From a virus, in IMG/VR virus record IMGVR_UViG_3300021142_000012, positions 1 to 64,000 of that record: DNA of 64,000 nucleotides; one strand, 5' to 3'. The position numbers and the translations under genes are program-made. Each line of letters opens with the position of its first letter. Within the stretch, counting starts at the first letter, position 1. The notes beneath the pieces are model-generated. The model was not told the origin of the DNA, ran no database searches, and was given only the letters and a program-made list of their open reading frames with translations. Shown here piece after piece: positions 44,604 through 53,526 of this stretch.

Positions 44604-46086
44604 AGCACGTGGTGTAAAGAAAGTAGTAATTGTAGGTGGCGGCACTAGTTCATGGTTGACTGCCGCATGTTTATCATTTCAAAAACCTCACTATGAGATT
44701 ATAGTGATTGATAAAGAGGTAGGTACTCCTGTAGGGGTTGGCGAAGGAACCTTATTGGGATTTGCTGATAGCATGTCTAAAGCTGGATTTAATATAGAGG
44801 ACTGGTTTTTTGAAATTGATGCAACTTTTAAATCAGGGATATTATTTCCAGGTTGGACTAACGATGGCACAGATGTATGGCATCCATTCATGTTCCCCCA
44901 ATATACTAATATCAATATTTCAAATTTAGATTTATGGTCAAAACATCAAAATCTAGATCTTAAAACTACCGCATTAGCATTGTATGATGTGTCTGTTAAT
45001 CTTAAGAAGGTCGACCGTGATACCTTGCTTAACTATGCTTACCATATTGACTGCGGTAAATTAGTTTCTTTTATACAAAAGAAAATTGTAAACATTCGCA
45101 AAGTATCATTAATTAAATCAGAAGTAGTTGATATACAAAGAGATAATAAAGAAATATCTAAATTAGTTTTAAAAGACGGGCAAGAAATAACCGCAGATTT
45201 GTTTGTTGATTGCACAGGATTTAAAGGTATGTTAAACGAAGCACCTGATCGTGTGACATTTGAAAATCGTTTATGGTGTAATACTGCGGTTGCTGGTCAT
45301 ATTCCGTATATTGACAAAGCAACAGAGATGAATCCGTATGTTGTTAGTGAAGCTGTTGATCACGGGTGGATTTGGAATATCCCTGTACAGACACGTATCG
45401 GTTCCGGACTGGTGTTTAACAGAGATATCACTAGTGTAGAAGAAGCAAAAGAATATTTCTGTAAGTATTGGGATAACAGAATATCTCCCGAAAATCTTAA
45501 AGTAATCAACTGGACTCCATTTTATAATCGAAATATGTGGCACGGTAATGTTGTTAGTGTTGGACTAAGTGCAGGATTTATCGAACCATTAGAAAGTACT
45601 GGTGTTGCATTAATTGTTAGCGGCATATATGAAATGATTGCAAGATTGGACTTAGATTATTACACAGAAAAAGATGCTGACATGTTTAATTCAAAACTAG
45701 CAATGTTTTTCGAAGAAGCAGTTGATTTTGTAAGTATGCATTATTCTATTAGCGAAAAAGATATACCTTTCTGGAATTGGGTTAAAGAAACTAGATTTAA
45801 ATCCGATACTCAAAAAATCTTTGAAGAAAAATTAGCAAACAATTATCCATTACCGATGGTTGGCAAAGGTGCAATTTTTTCCGGAGCAAATTGGTTTGGT
45901 TGGCTAATACAATTAGGTTATCCTATGGGCAATAAGAATGTTCCATTGTCAGATGAAGAAATTGAACAACTTATATCTAGCCATAAGACTACTGAATTAA
46001 ACAAAACAACTGCTATACTACACACAGAGTATATAGAAGTATTAAGGCGTGAAGAAGAACCATTTTTAGGATTTTCAGGAACTTGA
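44596..46086 (+). CDS. Flavin-dependent tryptophan-halogenase-like protein
   Basis: VGGGT, GVGEGT, ATFKSGI, GWIWNIP, GFIEPLESTG. Confidence 0.85.
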   Translation: MIKARGVKKVVIVGGGTSSWLTAACLSFQKPHYEIIVIDKEVGTPVGVGEGTLLGFADSMSKAGFNIEDWFFEIDATFKSGILFPGWTNDGTDVWHPFMFPQYTNINISNLDLWSKHQNLDLKTTALALYDVSVNLKKVDRDTLLNYAYHIDCGKLVSFIQKKIVNIRKVSLIKSEVVDIQRDNKEISKLVLKDGQEITADLFVDCTGFKGMLNEAPDRVTFENRLWCNTAVAGHIPYIDKATEMNPYVVSEAVDHGWIWNIPVQTRIGSGLVFNRDITSVEEAKEYFCKYWDNRISPENLKVINWTPFYNRNMWHGNVVSVGLSAGFIEPLESTGVALIVSGIYEMIARLDLDYYTEKDADMFNSKLAMFFEEAVDFVSMHYSISEKDIPFWNWVKETRFKSDTQKIFEEKLANNYPLPMVGKGAIFSGANWFGWLIQLGYPMGNKNVPLSDEEIEQLISSHKTTELNKTTAILHTEYIEVLRREEEPFLGFSGT

Positions 46087-46088
46087 AT

Positions 46089-46229
46089 ATGATATATCTA
46101 TCGTTGTTTATAATATGGGCATTGGCTGTTGTATTCATCTGGTGTTTTATCAAAGGTGCATATAATGGTTGTAATGGCGGATGTATGCAAGGTCGCAAAG
46201 AATGTAATTGCAAATATGGAAAAAAATAA
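46089..46229 (+). CDS. Small TM protein with a Cys-rich tail (46 aa, not in the ORF track)
   Basis: MIYLSLFIIWALAVVFIWCFIKG...CNGGCMQGRKECNC. Confidence 0.6.
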   Translation: MIYLSLFIIWALAVVFIWCFIKGAYNGCNGGCMQGRKECNCKYGKK

Positions 46230-47365
46230 TGGCTACTAAAGAAGAAAAACAAGAACTAATAGAAATTTTAAAGTTCACTCCACGCACATACAAAATTAGT
46301 ATGTGGGGCTACGGTGGTGAAAAGGTCATGGGTCGTGTGCCACGCGAAGTCTGGGACTACTGTATGAATAACCAAGTAGACTTGCAAGACATTGCCTGGA
46401 ATTCAGAGGCGGTCGAAGACATGGATCTCGATGAAGATCTGTTGCCATTTCCTCCAGGAAGCTGGTACGAATGTGATGGTATGGCGCACTCAAATGGTGT
46501 TTCACGTAGTGCTGGTACACTACAAATTGAAGATGAAAATGATAATTCTATCGTCGAAACACCGCTTGATAATTTTAGTGGTGATAATGTAGACGACGAA
46601 AGTCCGGAATTTGATTGTACTAATGAAGCATGGATCGGCGAAGCCGCCGAAGGTGAAGTAGTGTTTGTTGGTAGCTCAAACGAAAAAGGTACATTCTTCG
46701 AGGGCGAGATTGAGCTCAAACAACCGTTTGATATCCGCAAGCTAGTTTTACAATACGAAGAAATCGACGGTGAAGAATTGGTCTACGGTGTTACCTATGA
46801 CGGTGAAGATATCGACAACTGGGGTGGTAGCACAGATGGCAAGAGTTCAGACTTTGATATGTATCTTGTAGGTAAGGATAGCACGTGGACACGCTATGCC
46901 CCAGAAGAAAAAGATTGGGGTCATCCAGAATATGGTTCAAGTCCGAGCGATTGGGAAAAGTCGCCTAAGTTTGAGTTTGCAAAACACAAGCCAGTATATC
47001 CCGGATACTACAATGCTGTATGGTCAAACTTTGGTACTACATACGGTAGCTTGTATTGGGATGGCAAAGAGTTTGGCGAGTGGGAATACGGTAAGTTCAA
47101 ACCACAATCCGGAGTACAGACCTGGCAAGGGTACAACTGGGACACTACAGATTGGTCTAATCAGCCGCCAGAGCCACCCGGTATCGCATGCGACAATAAA
47201 GAGTGTGGCTGGGTAGGAATGAGTGAAGAACGCAGGACCGACGATGACTACAACGATCATTGTCCTGAATGTGATGGCACAGAGTTTAGCTGGATTGATT
47301 ATGATCCAGACACCGAAGAAGGGTGTGCTAATCGTGCAAAGTATTGCCAACAAAATACGAGATAA
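46229..47365 (+). CDS. Acidic hypothetical protein with a C-terminal Zn ribbon
   Basis: CDNKEC...CPEC. Confidence 0.7.
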   Translation: MATKEEKQELIEILKFTPRTYKISMWGYGGEKVMGRVPREVWDYCMNNQVDLQDIAWNSEAVEDMDLDEDLLPFPPGSWYECDGMAHSNGVSRSAGTLQIEDENDNSIVETPLDNFSGDNVDDESPEFDCTNEAWIGEAAEGEVVFVGSSNEKGTFFEGEIELKQPFDIRKLVLQYEEIDGEELVYGVTYDGEDIDNWGGSTDGKSSDFDMYLVGKDSTWTRYAPEEKDWGHPEYGSSPSDWEKSPKFEFAKHKPVYPGYYNAVWSNFGTTYGSLYWDGKEFGEWEYGKFKPQSGVQTWQGYNWDTTDWSNQPPEPPGIACDNKECGWVGMSEERRTDDDYNDHCPECDGTEFSWIDYDPDTEEGCANRAKYCQQNTR

Positions 47366-47417
47366 ATACATACATTACTATAGTGCCTTAGGGGCTTAGT
47401 AATACAAGGAGAATAAT

Positions 47418-47897
47418 ATGACAGAAATACACGCCAAGCCTATTGTGGATGGTAAGTTTTGGATTGTAGAGCAAGACGGCTCTAAAATCGCAACACTACA
47501 CAAAAAAGAAAACAACAAGTTTGTACTATCAAGTACCAACGGTGAAGTAATGTTTAACCGTAAAGATGATCTTACTAAACAGTTTGGTAAAGACTTTTTC
47601 CTAACTAGCGATAAAATTAAAGTTACTCAAGCAGAACCAAATGAGTGCTATGACTATCCTACTAGCTGCCGCCCATACAATTCAGTCTATGATGTTCAAA
47701 AACGATTGCCGTTGTTTACTAAAAGCAATCAAAGCAAGAGTAGCTATTGTGCAGGCTATTATACAATTAAATTTGATAAAGGTTGGGTCAAGAGTTTTTG
47801 TCCTAAATATATTACACTGCAACGGTATCCATATAAAGGACCATTTAAGTCAGAGTTTGAAATGAAAATGGTATTAAGTAATGCAAAATCAGATTAA
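47418..47897 (+). CDS. Hypothetical protein
   Basis: AAGGAG RBS; GATAAATA upstream. Confidence 0.75.
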   Translation: MTEIHAKPIVDGKFWIVEQDGSKIATLHKKENNKFVLSSTNGEVMFNRKDDLTKQFGKDFFLTSDKIKVTQAEPNECYDYPTSCRPYNSVYDVQKRLPLFTKSNQSKSSYCAGYYTIKFDKGWVKSFCPKYITLQRYPYKGPFKSEFEMKMVLSNAKSD

Positions 47898-48126
47898 TCT
47901 TTCTCCGGTAACTCAATTTATACAGCAAGTTCGGGCTGCCGAATTGAGCCAGGGTAAGGTTATCAGTATAGACATACAAAAGGCCAGATTATTAACTCTA
48001 GCACTAGCTGAAATGATGGACAAGATGAATCAAGATTATGAAACAATGTATAATCAACTGAAAAACAGCATTGATACTGATGTAGTATCAGTTACTATGG
48101 ACGGCGGAGACTTTAACGACAAATAG
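47881..48126 (+). CDS. Hypothetical protein
   Basis: 81-aa ORF. Confidence 0.6.
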   Translation: MQNQINLSPVTQFIQQVRAAELSQGKVISIDIQKARLLTLALAEMMDKMNQDYETMYNQLKNSIDTDVVSVTMDGGDFNDK

Positions 48127-48158
48127 TGATAAATATACGTAGTTAATTGGAGCCTCAT

Positions 48159-48443
48159 ATGAGTAGACCTAAGCCACGTGTATTATTAGAAAACGTTAAT
48201 AAAAAGACCTACAAAGCAGAACAAATCCTAGAAGCAGAAGCTATCTGGGCAGTATTCTATAAAAATGAACCTTTTAATTTAAAGAGCTTTAATAGCCTCA
48301 CAAGTTACCCAGGCCCTAAATATAAAAAAGTATCTTTTTCAAATCCCGGTCATGCACATAATTTGGCTAAAAAATTGAACTTAACATTTGGAACCGGAGA
48401 TTTCCAAGTTGTTATGCTGACGCAGGGCACTATCATAAAATGA
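48159..48443 (+). CDS. Hypothetical basic protein
   Basis: GGAG RBS; MSRPKP N-terminus. Confidence 0.7.
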   Translation: MSRPKPRVLLENVNKKTYKAEQILEAEAIWAVFYKNEPFNLKSFNSLTSYPGPKYKKVSFSNPGHAHNLAKKLNLTFGTGDFQVVMLTQGTIIK

Positions 48444-48847
48444 TAACCCGTGATGCCCTGACTAAAATATTTTTACAACAATGGGGCAAGAGTGTTGACG
48501 AAGCTAATATAAATCTTTATTCTCGTCAATGGTGGCAATCAAATCGAGCAAATAAACAAACTGCATTACGACTAAGCGATGACGGTTTTGACTTTTTAAT
48601 CGATATTTTAGAAATACAGTCCTACGAAATCCCATTTACCGAACCAATTGAGCTGAGTCCTCAGACTATTATATTTTTGGAAAAATATATCGACTGCCCA
48701 TACTATCTAACACCATTGAGTATCACAGTTTTTTCCGAACGAAAAAGTTTTGAACTGATGTTGTTTTCTGACGATATTCGCAAATTTGGCTTGATTAAGG
48801 CTATAAACGAGCGTGAAAAAGATTCAGAATCTTTAAAAAAGAATTGA
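48440..48847 (+). CDS. Hypothetical protein
   Basis: ORF coupled by ATGA overlap. Confidence 0.7.
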   Translation: MITRDALTKIFLQQWGKSVDEANINLYSRQWWQSNRANKQTALRLSDDGFDFLIDILEIQSYEIPFTEPIELSPQTIIFLEKYIDCPYYLTPLSITVFSERKSFELMLFSDDIRKFGLIKAINEREKDSESLKKN

Positions 48848-48872
48848 CTTTATCGCTAGTTGATAGTATAAT
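48844..48872 (+). promoter_or_regulatory. Sigma70 promoter
   Basis: TTGACT-17 nt-TATAAT. Confidence 0.8.
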
Positions 48873-48918
48873 AATTACATAGCGTAGTAAATTAACCCCG
48901 TAAATAGAAAGGTATTAT

Positions 48919-50007
48919 ATGAGCGAAGTATACAGCCGTTTAGTAGGCCCTAGCGGTGCTAAAAAATCATTGCGTAAGGCTTTTAAAAATCAACGTCCAA
49001 TCTTCCTCTGGGGTCCTCCAGGTATTGGCAAATCCGATATTGTCAAACAACTAGGCACAGAATTAGAAGCTCATGTAATTGACGTTCGTTTGTCACTTTG
49101 GGAACCTACTGATATCAAAGGTATTCCATATTTTGATTCAAATGATGGTACTATGCGTTGGGCCCCTCCTTCAGAATTGCCAAGTGCAGAGTTTGCCAAA
49201 CAGCACAAACAGATTATTCTTTTCTTAGATGAAATGAACTCTGCGGCTCCGTCAGTACAAGCGGCAGCTTATCAGTTAGTTTTGAATCGCCGTGTTGGCA
49301 CTTATTCATTACCAAATAATGTTGTAATTGTTGCGGCTGGTAACCGTGAAACTGACAAAGGTGTTACCTATCGCATGCCTGCTCCGTTGGCTAATCGTTT
49401 TGTACACTTAGAAATGCAAGTTAATTGGGATGACTACTTTGAATGGGCAGTTGAAAATAAAATCCATAAGGATGTTGTCGGTTACTTAACTTTTTCCAAA
49501 AAATCACTTTACGATTTTGATCCAAAATCTAGCTCGCGTGCTTTTGCTACTCCACGTTCATGGTCCTTTGTCAGCGAATTATTACACGATGACGACACTG
49601 ATGTTGAAACACTAACCGATTTAGTGTCGGGTTCAGTTGGTGAAGGTCTAGCAATTAGTTTTATGGCACATCGTAAACATGCAAGCAAGATGCCTGATCC
49701 GCGTGATATTTTAAGCGGCAAGGTTAAAAAAATGGAAACTAAAGAAATTTCAGCAATGTATTCTTTGACCGTTTCATTATGTTACGAATTAAAAGAAGCC
49801 TGCGACAAGAAAGCTAAAAATTGGAATGATCAAGTTAATAACTTCTTCCGTTTTATTATGGATAACTTTGAAACAGAATTAGTTATCATGGGTACTAAAT
49901 TGGCATTGTCTAGCTACAAACTGCCATTGGATCCGGATGAAATTAGCTGTTTTGATGAATTCCACAGCAAATTTGGAAAATACATCAGCGCCGCAACTGA
50001 GAAATAA
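48919..50007 (+). CDS. MoxR/dynein-related AAA+ ATPase
   Basis: GPPGIGKS, LFLDEMN, AAGNR, LANRF, TPRSW. Confidence 0.88.
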   Translation: MSEVYSRLVGPSGAKKSLRKAFKNQRPIFLWGPPGIGKSDIVKQLGTELEAHVIDVRLSLWEPTDIKGIPYFDSNDGTMRWAPPSELPSAEFAKQHKQIILFLDEMNSAAPSVQAAAYQLVLNRRVGTYSLPNNVVIVAAGNRETDKGVTYRMPAPLANRFVHLEMQVNWDDYFEWAVENKIHKDVVGYLTFSKKSLYDFDPKSSSRAFATPRSWSFVSELLHDDDTDVETLTDLVSGSVGEGLAISFMAHRKHASKMPDPRDILSGKVKKMETKEISAMYSLTVSLCYELKEACDKKAKNWNDQVNNFFRFIMDNFETELVIMGTKLALSSYKLPLDPDEISCFDEFHSKFGKYISAATEK

Positions 50008-50023
50008 TTTGGTTTTGTGCCGA

Positions 50024-50052
50024 TTGACACCTCCTTCGGGAGGTGTTATAAT
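50024..50052 (+). promoter_or_regulatory. Consensus sigma70 promoter whose spacer is a UUCG hairpin
   Basis: TTGACA-cctccttcgggaggtgt-TATAAT. Confidence 0.8.
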
Positions 50053-50082
50053 ATATACTATAGTGAACAAACAGGAGCAGAA

Positions 50083-51282
50083 ATGTCGCATACAGATCCA
50101 ATTATAGATAAAATTATTGTAGCTCGTGTAGGGCTATTGCTACGTCATCCTTTCTTTGGCAACATGGCGACACGTTTACAAATTAAAGAAGGCTCCGATT
50201 GGCTTACAACAGCCGCAACCGACGGGCGTGCTATCTATTTTAGCCGTCCATTCTTTGAAAAATTAACTACTAAACAAATCGAATTCGTTATTGCACACGA
50301 AATTATGCACAATGTATTTGATCACATGACACGTCGGGAAGGACGTGATCCTAAAATTTTTAATATTGCCGCTGACTATTGTGTAAATGGACAATTGGTC
50401 CGTGATCGTATCGGTGAGACTATTCCAGAAATTAAAATGTTCCATGATACCAAATACTATGGTTGGGGTGCCGAACAAGTTTATGATGATATCTTTGAAA
50501 AGATGGATGAGCAAGAATTAGAAGCATTGGGCCAACTTATCGACGAACACATCGATTGGGGTGATGACGGCAATGATGGTAATAATGGGCAAGGTAATAG
50601 ACCTAAATATTCTAAAGAAGAATTAAAACAAATCCGTGATGAAATTCGTGAAGCTACTATGCAGGCTGCACAGGCCGCAGGTGCAGGTAATGTACCAGCA
50701 AGTGTACAACGAATGATTAAAGAACTAACAGAACCAAAAATGAATTGGCGTCAATTGTTGCGCCAACAGATCCAAAGTATCATTAAAAATGATTATTCAT
50801 TTATGCGCCCTAATCGTAAAGGTTGGCATATGAACGCAATTTTGCCCGGTACACAATTTGACACTACTATCGATATCTGTGTAGGCATTGATATGTCAGG
50901 CAGTATCGGCGATACTCAGGCCAAAGACTTTATCGGAGAAGTCAAAGGCATTATGCAAGAGTATAAAGATTTCAATCTTAAGTTATGGTGCTTTGATACT
51001 CAGGTTTATAACGAAGCAAATTTCGACGGCTACACTGCTGATGAATTTGACAACTACGAAGTTATGGGTGGCGGCGGCACTGACTTTGACGCCAATTGGG
51101 AATACATGAAGGAAAATGATATTCAACCTAAAAAGTTTATCATGTTTACAGATGGCTATCCTTGCGGCTCTTGGGGTGATGAAAACTATTGCGAAACATT
51201 GTTTATTATTCACGGTAGTAACAGTATTGTTCCGCCTTGGGGCGAATATGCCTATTACGAAGGTGTTAAAGAAACTGCATAA
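50083..51282 (+). CDS. HExxH metallopeptidase-like plus VWA protein (DUF2201-like)
   Basis: TAATDG, HEIMH, MIDAS DMSGS, GGGGTDF, FTDG. Confidence 0.85.
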   Translation: MSHTDPIIDKIIVARVGLLLRHPFFGNMATRLQIKEGSDWLTTAATDGRAIYFSRPFFEKLTTKQIEFVIAHEIMHNVFDHMTRREGRDPKIFNIAADYCVNGQLVRDRIGETIPEIKMFHDTKYYGWGAEQVYDDIFEKMDEQELEALGQLIDEHIDWGDDGNDGNNGQGNRPKYSKEELKQIRDEIREATMQAAQAAGAGNVPASVQRMIKELTEPKMNWRQLLRQQIQSIIKNDYSFMRPNRKGWHMNAILPGTQFDTTIDICVGIDMSGSIGDTQAKDFIGEVKGIMQEYKDFNLKLWCFDTQVYNEANFDGYTADEFDNYEVMGGGGTDFDANWEYMKENDIQPKKFIMFTDGYPCGSWGDENYCETLFIIHGSNSIVPPWGEYAYYEGVKETA

Positions 51283-51569
51283 TGGCGTTAAAGAATAGTA
51301 AACCTAATCCTTTAAATTACTTTGATTTACGAAGAGTAGAATTTGCAGCCCCGCATTTTAAGTACATAATCTTAGAAAAATATACTCCAAATTATATCAA
51401 AATGATCGATGATTGGATCAGTAAAAATTTAAATAATAGGTATTACATAGGGCAGTTTTTAATGCTAGATCACAATAACGTAATAGTATACACTACTAGA
51501 GTCGGTTTTGAAAGTGAAAAAGAACTTAGCTTCTTCAATCTTGCCTGTCCAGTTTTACAACAGAGATAA
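51282..51569 (+). CDS. Hypothetical protein
   Basis: ORF coupled by TAATG overlap. Confidence 0.65.
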   Translation: MALKNSKPNPLNYFDLRRVEFAAPHFKYIILEKYTPNYIKMIDDWISKNLNNRYYIGQFLMLDHNNVIVYTTRVGFESEKELSFFNLACPVLQQR

Positions 51570-51597
51570 TTATATACGTACATATTAAGGAGATACT

Positions 51598-51849
51598 ATG
51601 TCAGATACAGTAGATACACAAGAACAACAAACGGCTGCTCCAGAAGCACAAGCTCAACAGCCAAATCCAAATGAATTAACAATTAACGATCTTAACGCAA
51701 TGAAAGTTATTATCGATATCGCTAGTTCACGTGGTGCATTCCAACCAAAAGAAATGAAAGTAGTTGGACAAACTTATGAAAAATTAGAAGCGTTCCTAGC
51801 TGAAGTACAGAAACAAGCAGAAGCAGCGAAGGCCGCACAAGGACAATAA
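51598..51849 (+). CDS. Hypothetical protein
   Basis: AAGGAG RBS. Confidence 0.7.
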   Translation: MSDTVDTQEQQTAAPEAQAQQPNPNELTINDLNAMKVIIDIASSRGAFQPKEMKVVGQTYEKLEAFLAEVQKQAEAAKAAQGQ

Positions 51850-51850
51850 A

Positions 51851-52519
51851 ATGGCTACATTAAAACATGTAGGTAGAATTAAATCAACAGGCAAACGAGT
51901 AGTCGTTGCCTATAGAACACTACCTGGTGATGCGCATCACGCATTAGTAGTACTAACAGAAGGACTAAGCGATAGTTATCACAATGCTCTTATTAGTGCT
52001 GTTGAAAGCAATGCTGGTCAAGAAGCAAACGAATTTGCTGAAGCAATGGATCGTACACAAACTCCAGATGGCTACAATATGCTACATGCATTCCATAGTC
52101 AAGGTAAACTAGTAAAACTACCTACAGCTGATGTTGAAATGTTGCCAAGTCCCGGAGTAACTGTATTGTTAAGCGAATTGAATCAGATTATTGCTGAGCA
52201 ACGCGGTGTTCCAGTAGACGAACTATCAGTTAAGCCAAGCGAAGCTGAATTAAAACGTCAAGCAAAAGCTACAGAAGCACGTACACGTGATCTCGGCGAA
52301 CCAGCGGCTGCTGAAAGTGATACATCTAAAACAACTAGCTCAAGTATTAATGAGTCAATTGATCTTGATATCCCAGATAGCCCAACTGCTACTCCAGAAT
52401 CAAGAGCAAAACAATATCGTAGTCAAGCTGACAAATTAGCTAAACAAGCGGCAGAGTTCCGTAGAAAAGCTGAAGAATTAGTTCCTACAGTTAAGAAGAA
52501 ATCTAAAGACGCTGCTTGA
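51851..52519 (+). CDS. Hypothetical protein
   Basis: 222-aa ORF. Confidence 0.7.
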   Translation: MATLKHVGRIKSTGKRVVVAYRTLPGDAHHALVVLTEGLSDSYHNALISAVESNAGQEANEFAEAMDRTQTPDGYNMLHAFHSQGKLVKLPTADVEMLPSPGVTVLLSELNQIIAEQRGVPVDELSVKPSEAELKRQAKATEARTRDLGEPAAAESDTSKTTSSSINESIDLDIPDSPTATPESRAKQYRSQADKLAKQAAEFRRKAEELVPTVKKKSKDAA

Positions 52520-52521
52520 TA

Positions 52522-52842
52522 ATGACATCTAAGGGAAAAAATCTTCCCGAGGATGTCATAAAACATTGGCCAGAAATATTTGGTGAGGTTCATTTAAATG
52601 TGATGCCTCTTAGGTATCTCCATACCGTTCTGGTTAATTTTAAGGATGGCAAAACTTGGGAAATTAAAATAACAGCCGCTGCTCGTAAAGAAGGGTGGGC
52701 TACCTTTGAAAAGACCTTAAGTGAACTTTGTAGAAGTTATGAATCTAGTATCGAAGATATTGATTTTAAATTAGACACAGATTTACTTAAAAAGCATGTC
52801 GAACAAAGCACACAACAATTTTTAAAGAAAAGAAAGTTATAA
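52522..52842 (+). CDS. Hypothetical protein
   Basis: ORF filling the gap before thyX. Confidence 0.65.
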   Translation: MTSKGKNLPEDVIKHWPEIFGEVHLNVMPLRYLHTVLVNFKDGKTWEIKITAAARKEGWATFEKTLSELCRSYESSIEDIDFKLDTDLLKKHVEQSTQQFLKKRKL

Positions 52843-53526
52843 ATGAATGTTCGATTACTCAGTTACTCCCAACCCACACAGGAATTTGCAGATTTGGGCA
52901 TCCAAGATGCGCAGGAACTCATTGCGTATTGCGCCCGTGTCAGCAATCCCAGCAATCAACTTAACACCGAAACATCAGCAAAACTCATCCAATACCTCAT
53001 CAAACACCAGCACTGGAGCCCACTCGAAATGGTCTCAGCCTGTATTGAAATCACCACAACAAGAGATATTGCAAGACAAATCCTTAGACATAGAAGCTTC
53101 AGTTTCCAAGAGTTCAGTCAGCGATATGCTGACCCTACTAAAGACTTGTCGTTTGTACTGCGAGATGCGAGAAGACAAGATCTCAAAAATAGACAAAACT
53201 CCGTAGAGCTAGACTTAACGAATGATGCAGATCGATTCCTTGCTACGCAATGGGAAGAAATGCAGAAACGAGTTACTAGAGAATCATTAAATGCATATGA
53301 ATGGGCTATTAGTGCTGGTATTGCTAAAGAGCAAGCACGTGCTGTATTGCCAGAAGGCTTAATTGAAAGTCGTTTATATATGAATGGTACACTGCGTAGC
53401 TGGATACACTTTATTGAGCTACGTTCAGCTAATGGCACACAAAAGGAACATCAAGAAGTTGCTATTGCCTGTGCAAAAGTTATTGCTGAGATCTTTCCAA
53501 TGACCACTGATCTTTTAGCCAAGTAA
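52843..53526 (+). CDS. thyX: Flavin-dependent thymidylate synthase
   Basis: HWSPLE, RHRSFSFQEFSQRY, EQARAVLP. Confidence 0.95.
   Translation: MNVRLLSYSQPTQEFADLGIQDAQELIAYCARVSNPSNQLNTETSAKLIQYLIKHQHWSPLEMVSACIEITTTRDIARQILRHRSFSFQEFSQRYADPTKDLSFVLRDARRQDLKNRQNSVELDLTNDADRFLATQWEEMQKRVTRESLNAYEWAISAGIAKEQARAVLPEGLIESRLYMNGTLRSWIHFIELRSANGTQKEHQEVAIACAKVIAEIFPMTTDLLAK

Noticed and set aside
47374-47403. ATTACTA...TAGTAAT hairpin in a late-gene leader
   Set aside because: Weak AT-rich stem that does not cover the RBS; not enough to call a regulatory RNA.
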